Source of the DNA: Oikopleura dioica
Lineage: Eukaryota > Animalia > Chordata
NCBI GenBank assembly: GCA_907165135.1
Contig: OU015570.1
Span: 2,005,929 to 2,069,928, forward strand
Direction: 5' to 3'
DNA length: 64,000 nt
The notes under the pieces were generated by a model. It had not been told where the DNA came from. It saw nothing but the letters and a program-made list of their open reading frames with translations, and ran no database searches. Below, in pieces: positions 20,001 to 32,069 of this stretch (its first letter is position 1; every line of letters begins with the position of its first letter). Both the position numbers and the translations under genes were made by a program.

Positions 20001-22351
20001 ACCGTCAGGATCGTAAGCCGCTGATGGGCTTTCATTTAGGAACTCGCTGTTTTCGTACAAATGGTCGTGAAGCGTAACCTTCTCCGTGGTAAGCATTATT
20101 TCCGGGTCGTTTATCACTTTCTCGCCGCAGTTCTCCCAAATGGAGCGAAGCGGCTTCCCGTTAACGCACACCTCCAAGTTATCAGAATCGTCGAATTTCA
20201 CTTCGATTCTATTTCTGGCTAAGCTGTCCGCTCCTAGGATTATCGTTTTCTGTGGTCCTGCGTATACTTTGCAATTACGGAAGGTAAGACTCAAATCCCT
20301 GCTGAAATCAATGTCGAAACTCGCATTATAATCCTGGAATTTCATGTATCCTCCGCTAGCTACCTTCGCTCTAGAACTAGGACAGTCCTGCAACGTAACA
20401 TTCTCGCTGCAGTTTTGCATTAAGAGTGAGACAAATGACTCTGGCGCAACCGAAACTGATGCGCCTGAATCTATAAGTACTTTAAAACTTTCTATTTCGT
20501 TCTCGCAGTTTCTAATACAAAAATTTATATCGAACATTCTTCTCTCCATTCCAACGCTGTTGACTTCGTTTCTTACGCTAAAATTACATTTAGTTTGGGT
20601 CAATTCCGCAAGTTGCTTACCAATTCCACATTCGTCGTATTCGCTGATCACGTCTACCACCTCCAAGTCCTCGTCGCTATCGTCCCCGTCTTCCAGATTC
20701 GCTCGCATAAGCTCGTCCAGAAGTGCCACCAGGACCGAGGACTTGCCGTCTTCTTGGTCGATTGCGAATGCCTGGTAAGTCTGGTTCCTGCCGCGAACTT
20801 TTTGCGATTTATTGAGCGCTCTGTTGAATGCTTGTTTAGCTCGTCGGCCTTTCGAGTCACTTCTACGCTGTTGGCGCGGTTTGGGAAAGAGGTAAAAGCA
20901 TTTGCGCGACATCTTCTCGTTCGCTATCTTGAGATCATTCGGCGAGACCGTCAGACTTGTCTTGACGTAGACGTCTCCGCTCCTTGTGTCAATTATGTAA
21001 CGATTGTTGTTTAAGGCTGTCTTCGCGTCCAAGGGTCTGTTCTTCTTACCGAACACCGCGTTGATTTCGTCGCCATTGTCGTCGGAGCCGACGTCCGCGC
21101 CGTCGCTGTTGAAGTCCTCCAGGGCGTTTATGCGTTCTTTGTTTTGTTTTTTAACTGATGCTTTTTTCCAATCTGAATAAACTTTTTCGAGTTCGCGACT
21201 TACATCTCCGTTGGCTGCCATGTCTGCCGCCATTTTGATGTGTTCGAGCATGAGATGTCCTTTTGCGCCTACTACCTTGTCCGCCTCGTCAAAAATTAGC
21301 TTCTTGTTGCATAAGAAATCGCGCAGGCCCACTTCTCCGAAGTCAATACCGTTCTTCTTTGCCAGCTTTTGCGCAATTTCCTCTAACTTCGACTGACCCA
21401 GGTGACTCGTAACGAAATACATTGTCACCATATCCATAAATGGGGTCCATTTTTCCATTTCGGCCTTCAGGTACATTGTCCTTCTCGCGCTAGTTGTGTT
21501 TCCCAGCACCGTTCCTTCCGGAAATCTACTATCTTTCGAGTGCAAAACAATGAATTCTCGAAGACAAGATCGTATATTATCGAAACTGTTTGACGCTTTT
21601 GCATAACTCAACCTTCCTGAACTAAAAGTGCGCAAAATTTGAATGGTACGGAGGAAATTATTGTCTCCCGCGCTTTAACAATACTGTTCTAGTTGAGTTC
21701 TTAGGTAACTCCGTAAATTAACGAACTCACCGTTTGCAACCGCGGATCTCGAATTTGGTTCTACCGCTTGGAGAATCACCTTCCCCAAACATCTCACCAT
21801 TTCTCGCATAATGGTAGTGGGGCTCTTTTCTGTAACGTTCCCTTGTTCGACAGTATCTGGCCTGTAAACGCGGGGAAACTCATCTACGGTCAAGTAAGGG
21901 AAAAAGGTTCCCATGAACCACTTTTTCTGGTCTTCGACCTTGTATTCCGAGTCATCGTATAGGGTTGATGCAACAAACGACTTCTTATCACTCGATAACT
22001 TCATGTTGTCTAGATATTTAAGACCATCGTACATATTTTTATCTTTCCATTTCCCAAATTCTCCAGACTGGAGGGAATTCCGAGTTTTCCTGACCAATTA
22101 GGGCCTAATTCGCTCATGCTCGGGCCCCATAGCATCGGAAGCTTCTCCGCGTGACCCACCATGGGCGATTTTGGAAGCTGCTTGTTTGCCAAAGCATTCA
22201 GGTATAGGTTCAGATTCGCGGACCAGTCCTTTGTCTTTCGGGCTCTTGTTGGGGAGTCCGAATCTACGTAAGCCAGTCGTGGTATCTTACTGTCGCTCGC
22301 ATAATAGCCGTGCGGTATAAACTCGCTAAAGATTCCTGATGATACGTTCAT
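17028..22351 (-). pseudogene. gag-pol of element B (gag, protease, RT, RNaseH, integrase) with several stops and frameshifts
   Basis: Protease LIDSGAS..ILGADSL; RT YMDD; RNaseH VVDSS..CQLELHG..ITDS..LADFISR; integrase FHRGNCG..CLSC, LLADIV, IVMDG; in-frame stops at 21675 and 19380; frameshifts near 22090, 18980, 17440 and 17280. Confidence 0.88.
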
Positions 22352-22437
22352 CTTGCGCTACAGGGAAAACGCCCTAGCGGCGAGGTTCGATTAAGGGGCT
22401 CTTGTTCGTACCAAGCTCAAGAGAGCTTCAGTCACCA

Positions 22438-22783
22438 CGTTATGAGTCCCGCAAAATCAAACACTCGTTTAGTTTAGGTCCGGACTTTCGTCCCTTTATT
22501 TGCACAGATACCGAAATACAGTGAGAAGAGTCTTCTAGCTGCGTCGGCGTAGGCTGGACCAACACGAACCTGAAGATGGTTTAGTAGGGGCGTTCTCTTT
22601 CTCTTACTGCCGAAAAGGCTGGGGCTTTCCCCTTACCTCGCTGGACTTCTGCTGACGTCTGAGCGGGTCTCAGGCGCCAAGGAAGTCAGCTAGATAATGG
22701 CCTTTCCGGAGGGCAAGCTGTCGGCTTCCCTCGACTCGTTCCGTTTGCCCGACGGGCACCGGAGCGCATACTCAGCCGTAACG
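22438..22783 (-). repeat. 5' LTR of element B
   Basis: Direct repeat of 2693-3038. Confidence 0.95.
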
Positions 22784-22786
22784 GGA

Positions 22787-25720
22787 AGATTTTGTTTAGG
22801 AGCATCGTCATCTGTGATGTCAGCATTTCCCATTATTTCCTCGTTCGTCGTGATGTTCGCCTTGATCTCTTTTTCATCAAAGACTTTTAATGGACGAATA
22901 TTTTGAAGATGACGGCGATATGTGCGTTTTGTCTTAGGGCACATGAGAATATATGAGTCTTTTGAGATTCGATTTTTGACGTAGAATGGACAATCCCAAT
23001 TGATACCAAGTTTCCCACTTGTGTGATCAGGCTTGTACGTCAACACCTTTGTTCCAATTTTAAGGACAGGAGCACTGTTTTTGTCCTTCATTACAAGCTT
23101 GTTGTATCGATCCATGTGAAGTCGCATTAATGATGGGTGAAGTTCACGTAGATACTCATTCAGAGCCTTGACAAAGGGCTCTCTTTTTCCATCAATTGAG
23201 TCAATTTTGTAGGGAACGTGAAATGACCGACCAAAGACGCATTCGTTTGGTGTGAGAGTATCCAATGTTTCTCTTGGGAGGTTGTTCATATGATAACACG
23301 CTTCAGGCCACTTAAGCGACCAATTTCTACTCTTTCCGCCAAGAGTTTTGATGAACTTTGCAATGTCGCGATGTGATCGTTCAACTTTTCCATTTGACAT
23401 ACTTCGGTAAGCAGTAGTTGTGACGTGAGTGATTTCGAATCATTGCAATATTTCTTAATAGAGAGGCCCGAATTCTTTACCGTTGTCAGACACAATGACA
23501 CCATTGATACCATGGCGGAGGATGAGCTTGAGGAGTCCTCGAGAGACGAGAGCATCGCTTTTGCTGTGAAGTGGTTCGCCATCCAGGTATGAGGTGAGCT
23601 CATCGATACATGTGAGTAGATACCTCTTGTTATTTGTATCTTGTCTGTAGAAGTCAACCAAGTCGATGTGAACTTTTCTGAATGGAGTGGACTCGTAAAA
23701 TCTATTCGGAATCATGCTTGGTTTGAGTTTCTTCTGAGGTTTGATCCGGAGACAGGTTGCGCAGCTTGAGGTTATTGAGCGAGCACGATCTTGAACCTTG
23801 TGGATGTAGAATCGTTTGACCAGATTAATGAGGGCTTTGCATCCACAGTGAGCTGTGAGAACGTGGAGATAATTCAAGAATTCATTGGAAACCGATTCTG
23901 GGAGCACAATTCGATTGTCAGCAAACAAAACACCGTTGGTTTGTTTGAACTTCTTGGATTGGTTTTTCTTCGATTTCTCAATTAGATTTCGAGTATTTGG
24001 ACATTCAAACTGAAGTTTTGCCATTTCTTCGTATGTAAAAGAACGGTTTTCGAATTCAAAAATCTTCTTTGAATCGTCTGGTTTGATAAGCGCGAAAATT
24101 GTGTCAGATGGTTCTTCAAAACCTTTTGCTTCATTTTCAAGTTCTGACGAGTGTGAATTTGGGATTCTGCTGAGAGCATCTGTGGTTGCCATAACCGGAT
24201 CGTGGCCAGGTCGATGCAGAATTTTGAAAGAGAAATTCTGAAGATAGTGCTGAATTGTCGCAAGTCGGATGTCGAGAGCTTTCTTCGAGTGCTCTTTGTA
24301 TAGGTATAAGAGACTTTTGTGATCCGTTATTGCTGTGAATTCCACTCCGATAAGATAGTATTCGAAGTATTTGATATTTTCCATTAGAGCGATCAATTCT
24401 TTTTCTCTTATTGATCTCCGGCTGTCTGTTTTGTTGAATGGTCTTGAGAAGTATCCAAGTGTTGTGAAGGTTTGACCATCTTGACATTGATAAAGACAAC
24501 CACCCATGGCATGTCCACTCGCATCGGAGACAACAGTGAGGGGTGCATCAGTTTTGAAGTGACCAAGAGAGGGTCTTTCGAGGAGTTTGTTGCGAATGAT
24601 TTCAAAGGCGGTTTGATGTTCTTCTTTCCAATCGAAGTTGACCTTTGAGCTTGTTAGTTGATACAGAGGACGTAAGATCAGTGAAGCATCTTTGACGTAT
24701 TTGATGTTGTAGTTGATCATTCCAAGGACTCGTTTGAGCGATTGTCTATCCGTTGGAGGCTGAAGATCTTTAATGCATTTGAGATATTTGTCCGTGAGCG
24801 TGATTCCTTCTTTCGATATCCGATGTCCAAGAAACTCAGTGGATGACTTGCATAGAATCATTTTCTTGGTATTCAGAAGAAGTCCATTATCGATACACTT
24901 TCGAAATACAATCCTCAATGTTTGTACATGCTCCGTGAAATTACTATTGAGAATGATAATGTCATCCAAATAGATGAGGATATTTGGGTGATTGAAGAGT
25001 CTGTCCATGACCCTCGAGAACGCTGCTGGTGCAGTACTTGTTCCGTAGAGCATTCTATTTGAGCAATAGTGTTTCGAGTTGTATGAGAATGCGAGTTTCT
25101 TTGTATCGTTATCAGCGACTCTGATTTGCCAATAACCTCTCGAGAAATCGACTTGTGAGAAGTAACATTCTTTTCCACTTGTGAGTTTTTCTCCAATTCT
25201 TGTGAATATTGTGCTGAGATGTGGTACCAGAAGTTTGTTGAGTTCGCGAGCGTCAAGACTTATTCTGATACTTGAGTCGCGTTTTTGAAGAATGAGCAGA
25301 GGTATGTTGAATGCACTTTGAGCCATTGAGATTATTCTTAGATCGAGCCATTCGTTGAGATTTCGTTGAACTTTTGGCTGTAAGTGTATCGGCACACGTC
25401 GAGGGGCGCTGTGAGCACTAAGCGTCTCGTCGTGGAGAGGAAGGGAGAACCGAAGGTAAGCAAGCTGACCAATATCCCAATCTCCCATACTGCAAGCAAG
25501 CCTAAGCTCGACTAGTAGATCATACAGTTTTTTCTTTTGATCGGGGTTTGTATCTCCGAATGACGCAATTTCTGGGATAAAATTTATTTCTGCTGCTTTT
25601 TCTTCTCTCTCAGATTGAAATTTATGCAGTTCTCGTTTGTCTGCATCGATGTCGTCGACTTCAATGATTGCATTGATTGCATGAGATTTGCGAAGTGGTA
25701 CTCTTTCAACTTCTTTTTCG
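22787..25720 (-). pseudogene. pol: pol of element A (RT-RNaseH-integrase), frameshifted and split by element B
   Basis: YLDD, VVSDASG, HVLTAHCG..CATC, HIDLVD, VSDNG, SNGKVERSHR motifs; frameshift near 23400-23455; frame is open upstream of the Met at 25488. Confidence 0.9.
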
Positions 25721-25853
25721 TTAATTTTGATCGTTTTTGATGCGTTGCCAGCGGTGAGCGATAATTGGCTTTGAATTCTCTTTCTTGACGTCGAGCATTT
25801 TGACCTTTTTGCTTCGAGTGATTGTTTCCCGGCTCTTTTTTGACCTTTTTCTT

Positions 25854-26291
25854 TTAACGATCGTTGTTGATAACCGTTTCGTCCGGGTCTTCCAGAGAAT
25901 CTTCAGATAAACTTCCATCACTTGATTCGGCTTCACTTATGTCGCTTTCAACTTTCATTGATGAGATCAGCGCTTGAAGAGAATCAGCGGTGGAGGATGC
26001 TTGGATCTGTGCGATGTTGAGTTTGTGATGCGGCTTTGCGAATTTTTGAAGCCCGACATTGGACCCGTCGTTGTCCTTCTGAAACTCGACCACTCCTGGT
26101 TGCGATTTGAAGACGAATTTTCTCCCCGGCGCGAAGAAGTCCGGTGCGAGATCAAGAATATTCAAAACGATACTCGATTTATCGCTTATTGGGATTTTGC
26201 ATGGGTAGATTTTGTCAGGAAGAGAGTCGTAGATACGGCATAGTTCCTGGCGTGAGAGGTCAGTTGCTTCTTTCCAGTAGACCGTTGACAT
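25854..26291 (-). pseudogene. 5' ORF (gag-like N-terminal fragment) of element A
   Basis: ATG ORF just downstream of the PBS; in-frame basic sequence continues past its TAA; no zinc knuckle or protease motif follows. Confidence 0.55.
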
Positions 26292-26395
26292 GGCTGCTGT
26301 CTTGTTTACTTCGTCCGAAGCAAGTGAATTAGATCAGGCAGGATTGTGCTGATCTCTCTTGAAGGCGTTACCAGTTTTCGGCAGTCACCAAATTA

Positions 26396-26779
26396 TGTAG
26401 GGGTTTTACTCTCTCTATCTCTGAGTATGCGAACAAATAATGACACGGTATTTCGAGGAAAAGAGTAAACTTTATTAGAGCTTTTACTTGACCACAGGGT
26501 AAAATAGAGTGGTGAGGAAGGGTTAGCAATGTCTCTTTATATAGTTTTTAGGCTTCCCATTGAATCTTCGAGTTGGCAGGGAAAGTAGAGTATTCAGCCG
26601 GCGGCGGAGCGTAGTAGGTGGTTGACAGAGCGTAGCTCGCCGGAACCAAGAGAAATTCCACGGGAACTGTAGCGCTTTTAGCGGGAAAAGTAAAATTGGG
26701 CACGCGGCGTCCAAGAATCGAGTCAGAACGTAAAATTGCCTCCGGCGCGTAAAGCGAGCATTTTTGTAAAACACTTACA
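26396..26779 (-). repeat. 5' LTR of element A
   Basis: Near-identical direct repeat of 1465-1848; PBS follows 5 nt inside. Confidence 0.95.
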
Positions 26780-27992
26780 CATCAAAGAAAATTTTTTCTA
26801 GAAAATGACGTCACAAATGACGTCATAAGGTTCCAAAAAGGTGAAACTTTGAGTCAATTTTAAGCAGGGTTTCTGTTGGAGTTTTTAAGTGTTCAATAGC
26901 TCTTATAAAAGCATAAAGAAATCTGAAGGTTCATTTTTGATAATTTCCGAAAATTTTGGCTTTTGAATTTTTCAAAAAAAAAAATTTTCGCTACATTAAA
27001 AAATCTTGAAGATGAACTTTCAGTTTTTTATCAGCTTTCATTTGAGCTATTTCATGCTAATAAATTCCAACGGAAAGGCATCTAAAAAGTGACTCGAAGT
27101 TAGCCCAAAATTGCCTTTTTTGCTGTCTTCACAGGTCACGTGTGACGTCATAGTCTTATATTTTTGGCCAGAATTTCGGCCATTCTTATCAGAATTTTGC
27201 AGGCTTTCTGATGAGCCCATAAAATCAATATGTCAAAATTTCTCCTGTAAAAAGTTTTTAAATTTCATCTTAGACAAAATTTCAAAATCGCTTGAGCCTG
27301 AATGGATAAAAATGAAGCGGGCGCGTGCCTCGAGCTCACTTCGCCCGCCTCGGACCCCACAGCGATACCACTAAGCTACGGAATTTAAGATCTCACCCTT
27401 ACTTTCCAGTTTATATAGTAAAGATTTAACCTAGGTTAAAAAATCGAAATCCGACATCGGACCGGATCTTTGTAATGGGACAAGTATTCTGCGCACTAAA
27501 GATTAAAGCTTGAAGATCTCTAGTTGCTTTCTAAGATCTCTATGCTTGTCTCCATTCAAATCTCTAAATGCAACAATGTGTCGTTATATTTCAGATTCAG
27601 AAGAGGTGAGCGTTGAGCTCTGGAGATAAGAGGAAAACAGAGAGCAACACTTTTCAAGACTTGAGCAGATATGTTTGAAAGTATCTACTCGCTTGAGTAT
27701 AGTCCCTATATTTCTCCTTTCCCTAAAATTTTGGAAGATTGGATTAGGTCTTAAGTTCAGAAGCTTAATCAAGCTTGTTGGAGAAATTTTCTCTCTTTTT
27801 GGCCTTCAATACTTTCAACCGGAAACGCCGGTTACACTCTTTTGAACACTGAACTTGAACGCATTGCCTCCTTTTCAATGAATAAACTTTTTAGTACTTA
27901 AACGGGGGTGAGGGAATTTCAAACATTTTCAAACTAAAGAGAAGTTTTAAACTGAAGCGCAGTTTAACAATTTTGAAAGGTGTGAAGTTTTC

Positions 27993-29040
27993 TTACGGCG
28001 CGCTGTCCAATCGCGGCATGTGGTGCATTGATACCGCGCGCGACGAGCCATGCCGGACAATGCGCACCTCTTCTGTCGCTCGATTTTTTCGTCGATTACG
28101 TATGTAGAGAAAAACAGCACCGGCAATAACCATGAGAAGTGCTAGAGAACTGAAAGAAATTGGCAAGTGTTTACCGTCTATTATGTCTTGGACTGCGAGC
28201 TTGTCCATTGCTTTGCTGTCATTTGCAAGGTCAGTCAAATTGAGATTTTTGAATTCTTCCATCTTAAGGGACCACCAGCAGCGAGCTCGCGTCACTTTTC
28301 ACGAGCCCAGAACTTTTTCTTACCTTTTTCAAATTTAATGAAAATCACAGATCTAGTGAAAATTTTTCTGCTCTTTCATCTCCAATTCGAATTTTTTCAT
28401 ATCATAATTTATGAATTCAGGAGAGAAAAATGATGCTCAACTTCAAAAGGCAGCAGCTCCTAAAATACTTGTCACTTGAAGTTATTAATGACCTCATCAA
28501 AAAGCGCATTCGACTTTGACCAGGTCTACGTTCGCGTGGTCTTCGAATTTTGCTTATATCCGGTCAAAATCAGGGGATAAGTACCGTTACTCGGTGTGAA
28601 GCCAGCGTCGCGCAGCGTGAAGCGTGCCCATTCAGCCAAAATAGTGCAAATTCTCCGCCGCGCGAAGGGTGTTCCTTGATAAATCCCTGATTACGATCAT
28701 ATACAAACAAAGATTGAAGACCAAGCGAACGTAGACCTGATCAAAATTGAATGCGCTTTCTAATGAAGGTATTAATAACTTTGTATGACAAGTATTTTAG
28801 GAGCTGATGCCTTTTGAAGTTGAGCTTCAATTTTTCTCTCTGCTGATTTAAAAATAATGGTATGAAAAATATTCGAATTGGAGATGAAAGAGGAGAAAAA
28901 TCTTCACCAGATCTGTGATTTTCATTAAATTTGAAGAAGGTAGCAAAAGTTCTGTGCTCGCGAAAAACGGCGCGAGCTCGCTGCGGGTGGTCCCTTACCA
29001 TTCTCCAAAAGTGTCTTTTTATTGATAACGTTAGATAACT
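27993..29040 (-). pseudogene. C-terminal heptad/TM part of a relic env-like gene, interrupted by a MITE
   Basis: TM segment LPISFSSLALLMVIAGAVFLYI plus basic tail; removing the MITE restores NVINKKTLLENGKMEEFK in frame. Confidence 0.6.
28268..28994. mobile_element. Foldback MITE with ~270-bp imperfect TIRs (GGG..CCC, TTAA/TTAC flanks)
   Basis: GGGACCACC..GGTGGTCCC ends and long inverted arms. Confidence 0.8.
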
Positions 29041-30243
29041 ATTAGAACGGTCATTATCAAACTAAAAATAGAACAAAAGTTTTATTTTATAGATATTTAT
29101 TGTTTCAAAAAAGACAGAATTGAAGACTGCTTTGTTTTCTTCTGGGTTTTGATTAACTGACAGTTAATCAACCGGGGCTTAGGGATCCCCCTGATTTGGC
29201 CAACTTTGAGGTAGAACTACTTTTTTGGGCTTAGCTATCTTAGAAGTGAGGAGATTTTTTAAAGCCCATTTTTTCATAAGCAATCACTTGTATGGAAATC
29301 TTATTTGAAAAGGCGAATCATCTCTAAAAATAGCCGTTAAGGCATTGATAGTCGCGAAAACCCTAGTTTTGGGCCATTTTCAAAATCGACTTTTTCCCTC
29401 TGATATATTTCCCCGATCTTAATCTTAAAACCTTCCTTGTGCCCGAAACTACAATCTCTCGTACAGGCATCTGATTATGTCAAGGATTGAAGATTTTTTC
29501 TTTACGAAAACTTTATCGACTTATTTTGGCCACTTTATATGCCCTGTAGCGCCTCTTAGTGGCTAAATATTGCATCAAAACTATTTTTTCCTGATTCAAC
29601 TTCGTCTAAGCTATCTATAGAGCCCTCATTCATATGAATCTGTCGACTTTGAAAAGTCAAAAATTTCGCGAATTTTTCGGGGACGCTCGTGTACCAAAAT
29701 TTTTGGTATTCGAATAAATTAAATATTCAAAAATTGGTATTCGAATACCATAATTTTTTTACCAGACTGTATTTCCTCCTTCGAAAAACAACTAAACGAA
29801 TATTTTGATTTCCCACGAAATTCACTAGCTGTTTGGTATACAGTTTCTTCGTAAAGCAACAGACTGGCACTATTTCGGGAGAACACTTCAAAGCGGGAAC
29901 CCACATGTAGATTTGGGTAGTTAAGAAAAATTCATTGTTTAAATTGTAAAAGAAACCAAATCAGTCGAAAAAATAGATTTTGGAATCGTGCCAACATCCG
30001 GGTAGTGCTCTTTCATTTTTCGGAGAAAATTATTTTTAATATTATACTTTGAATGACTTGATATCAAACGGGCGCTGTAAAAACTTTTAAACAAAAATTG
30101 AAACATTCTTAATTTACCCGAAAGCTATCTTCAACTGAGCTCGAAAATCTGTGTAGGAAAAATCCCCAGGTTTCTACACAGGTTTTCAAGCCCAGTTCTT
30201 TAGGCTGGTGAAGAACGAAGAGATTTGAAGGAAAGCCCTTGTA

Positions 30244-30588
30244 ATGTAGCGAATGTCCCCAATGTCCCGAATGTCCCCGATTTTTTACTTTTTTGGTCTT
30301 TTGAAAAAAATTTATCACATGGAAAAACAGAAATTTTTCAAAACAATTTTGTTCTAGAGACGAGTTTTTGCCAAATTCTATGAGTTTTCTACCACAAATT
30401 GCGCGGAGCGCTACCTTATTTTTGACTTTTGTCAAAACAATGGCGTTCTAGAGAGAAAAAGCTGTTGTTGAGTTCTTGTTTTCCAGTGTTTTTGTAAGAA
30501 TTGACGGGGACATTCGGAACATTCGGGACATTCGGGACATTCGGGGACATTCGGGGACATTCGGGACATTCGGGGACATTCGCTACAT
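30244..30588. mobile_element. MITE with inverted subterminal CGGGACATT repeats
   Basis: ATGTAGCGAATGTCCCC..GGGGACATTCGCTACAT inverted ends; 9-10-nt tandem units. Confidence 0.65.
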
Positions 30589-30779
30589 AGTCAGTGTCTA
30601 CCGATTTGAAGATAATCGGTTTCTTCAAATCTTTTGAACGGAAGTATACAATTATCCTGAGGATCATCCTCAGGATACCCGTCAGAACTGAATCCTGAGG
30701 ATATCCTCAAGATAATTGCAGCCTTCCTTTTGAACAAATTTTTTTCCAAAATACTATAATACAATAAAATAAAATTATT

Positions 30780-32069
30780 CAAATTATTCCAGGAAGCGCA
30801 CCTCCCGTGATGCATCGAGCAGAAGACCAAGTTTAATCCAGCGCTTCCTTTTTCCACGAGTCTATCGCGTAAGTATCTGTTAGCTTTTTTCTGGGCACGA
30901 GCAGAGTCGCTTAAAAGGATATAAAAGAATATAATAAAAGTAAATACCTAAGAATGAATTTTCCTTTTTCAATTATAGATGGCAGCACCTCTGGATCTGA
31001 CAAGGCTTCAAAGACAACTTGGCCCACATCATCACCACTTTTTGCGGAAGTTTCTATCAAACCCAGGTTAAAAACTTCTCCCAGCTCATTGATCGCAGCA
31101 AGAGCCAAGCAAGGAAAATTGCGCCCCGATGTAGACTGGTCTTTCACAGGGAAAATAAACTTATATCTATTGGAAAAACGAGTTTATTTGAGAACATTCC
31201 CATCGCGATTGTTATACTCTTCGATTTTTCAAGAAATTTTTTCCTTTGCAGAGTTATTAAGTACGGGAATGATTTCGCCAATTTATTCATGAAGGATCTA
31301 TCCGGTAAGAGATATGAATATCCATCATCTTCCTTTATTTTCAGGTGACTTAAAGAGTCAAAGGATTCGACGAAAAGACTCAATGTTCTTCGTAATTGGT
31401 TGACATTATCCCCTTGAAGTCGGGAAAGCATCATTAACTTGACAAAAGTGGATGCCACGTTGCCGTAAACTGTCCGGACGCAGATCTCCCTTCATCCCGT
31501 GATTCAATGGGCGGCTTTACTTTACTGAAAAATTCAACCAGTTCATTTTCGCTAGTAATAACTTCAGGAACAATGATTTCTTCTCTTGGTGAATCTTGGA
31601 AATTTTGGTTCTGATCCTCCTTGTGATTTGAACAACGAGTACGAGTGGCGTAACAATCATTGATAACAACTGGATCCAAGGGATTTTTGATGACGTTCCA
31701 GATTTTTTCTGCATCTGTTGTTTCTGATAATAATAGTGAACGCCAGCAACATTTGGAAAAAGATTACGTCGCCCGAATTCTGTTGATAAAGCTCTTAAAA
31801 AATTATCTCAGTCTATCAAATTCTATTTACTCTGAAAGATACTGGAAAAATGCTCTATCTTTTCGAATGAAATTGGTCCATGGTGAGGTTCTACCGTGTG
31901 TCCATGCTTCGATTCGGCCATTGATGTCATTTCCATTAAATTTCTGCGAAGTTTGTAGAGCAAATTCTTTCAAAATTTGTAATGAAATTGGACAATCATT
32001 AAATTCTCTGGATGAAAGCTCATGTTTAGCACAAAAAGTGAAGTTGAGTAAAAGGTAAAAGAGTCGCAT
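30780..32069 (-). pseudogene. hAT-like transposase relic with introns
   Basis: After splicing: SITIAM-D-QST (first D), FILS-DSARAQKKA (second D) and CSMH (CxxH); introns at 31141-31199 (GA-AG) and 30910-30947 (GT-AG); frameshift near 31460. Confidence 0.7.

Larger units (their letters stand above)
2693..22783 (-). mobile_element. LTR retrotransposon B with CG..CG termini and accessory-gene cargo (~11.8 kb without C)
   Basis: 346-bp LTRs at 2693-3038 and 22438-22783 with about 4 differences; PBS TGGTGACTG abuts the 5' LTR (22429-22437); PPT GAAGAAGGGGGA abuts the 3' LTR (3039-3050); GGA flanks at 2690-2692 and 22784-22786. Confidence 0.92.
1465..26779 (-). mobile_element. LTR retrotransposon A (Ty3/gypsy, internally deleted), outermost element of the nest
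   Basis: 384-bp LTRs at 1465-1848 and 26396-26779 with TGTA..TACA ends; 4-bp TSD CATC at 1461-1464 and 26780-26783; PBS TGGTGACTG (minus) at 26382-26390; PPT at 1849-1868; RT/RNaseH/integrase ORFs inside. Confidence 0.95.

Noticed and set aside
19377-21680. Programmed readthrough at B's in-frame stops
   Set aside because: The stops fall inside gag and RT alongside frameshifts; decay or sequencing error is more parsimonious.
2693-22783. B as a DIRS/tyrosine-recombinase element because of its odd ends
   Set aside because: It has direct LTRs, PBS, PPT, a protease and an rve-like integrase; no tyrosine recombinase motif seen.
27374-27840. Possible 3' LTR downstream of the relic env (purine run then TGTAAC, TATA-like motif on minus)
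   Set aside because: No second copy, matching end or TSD found.
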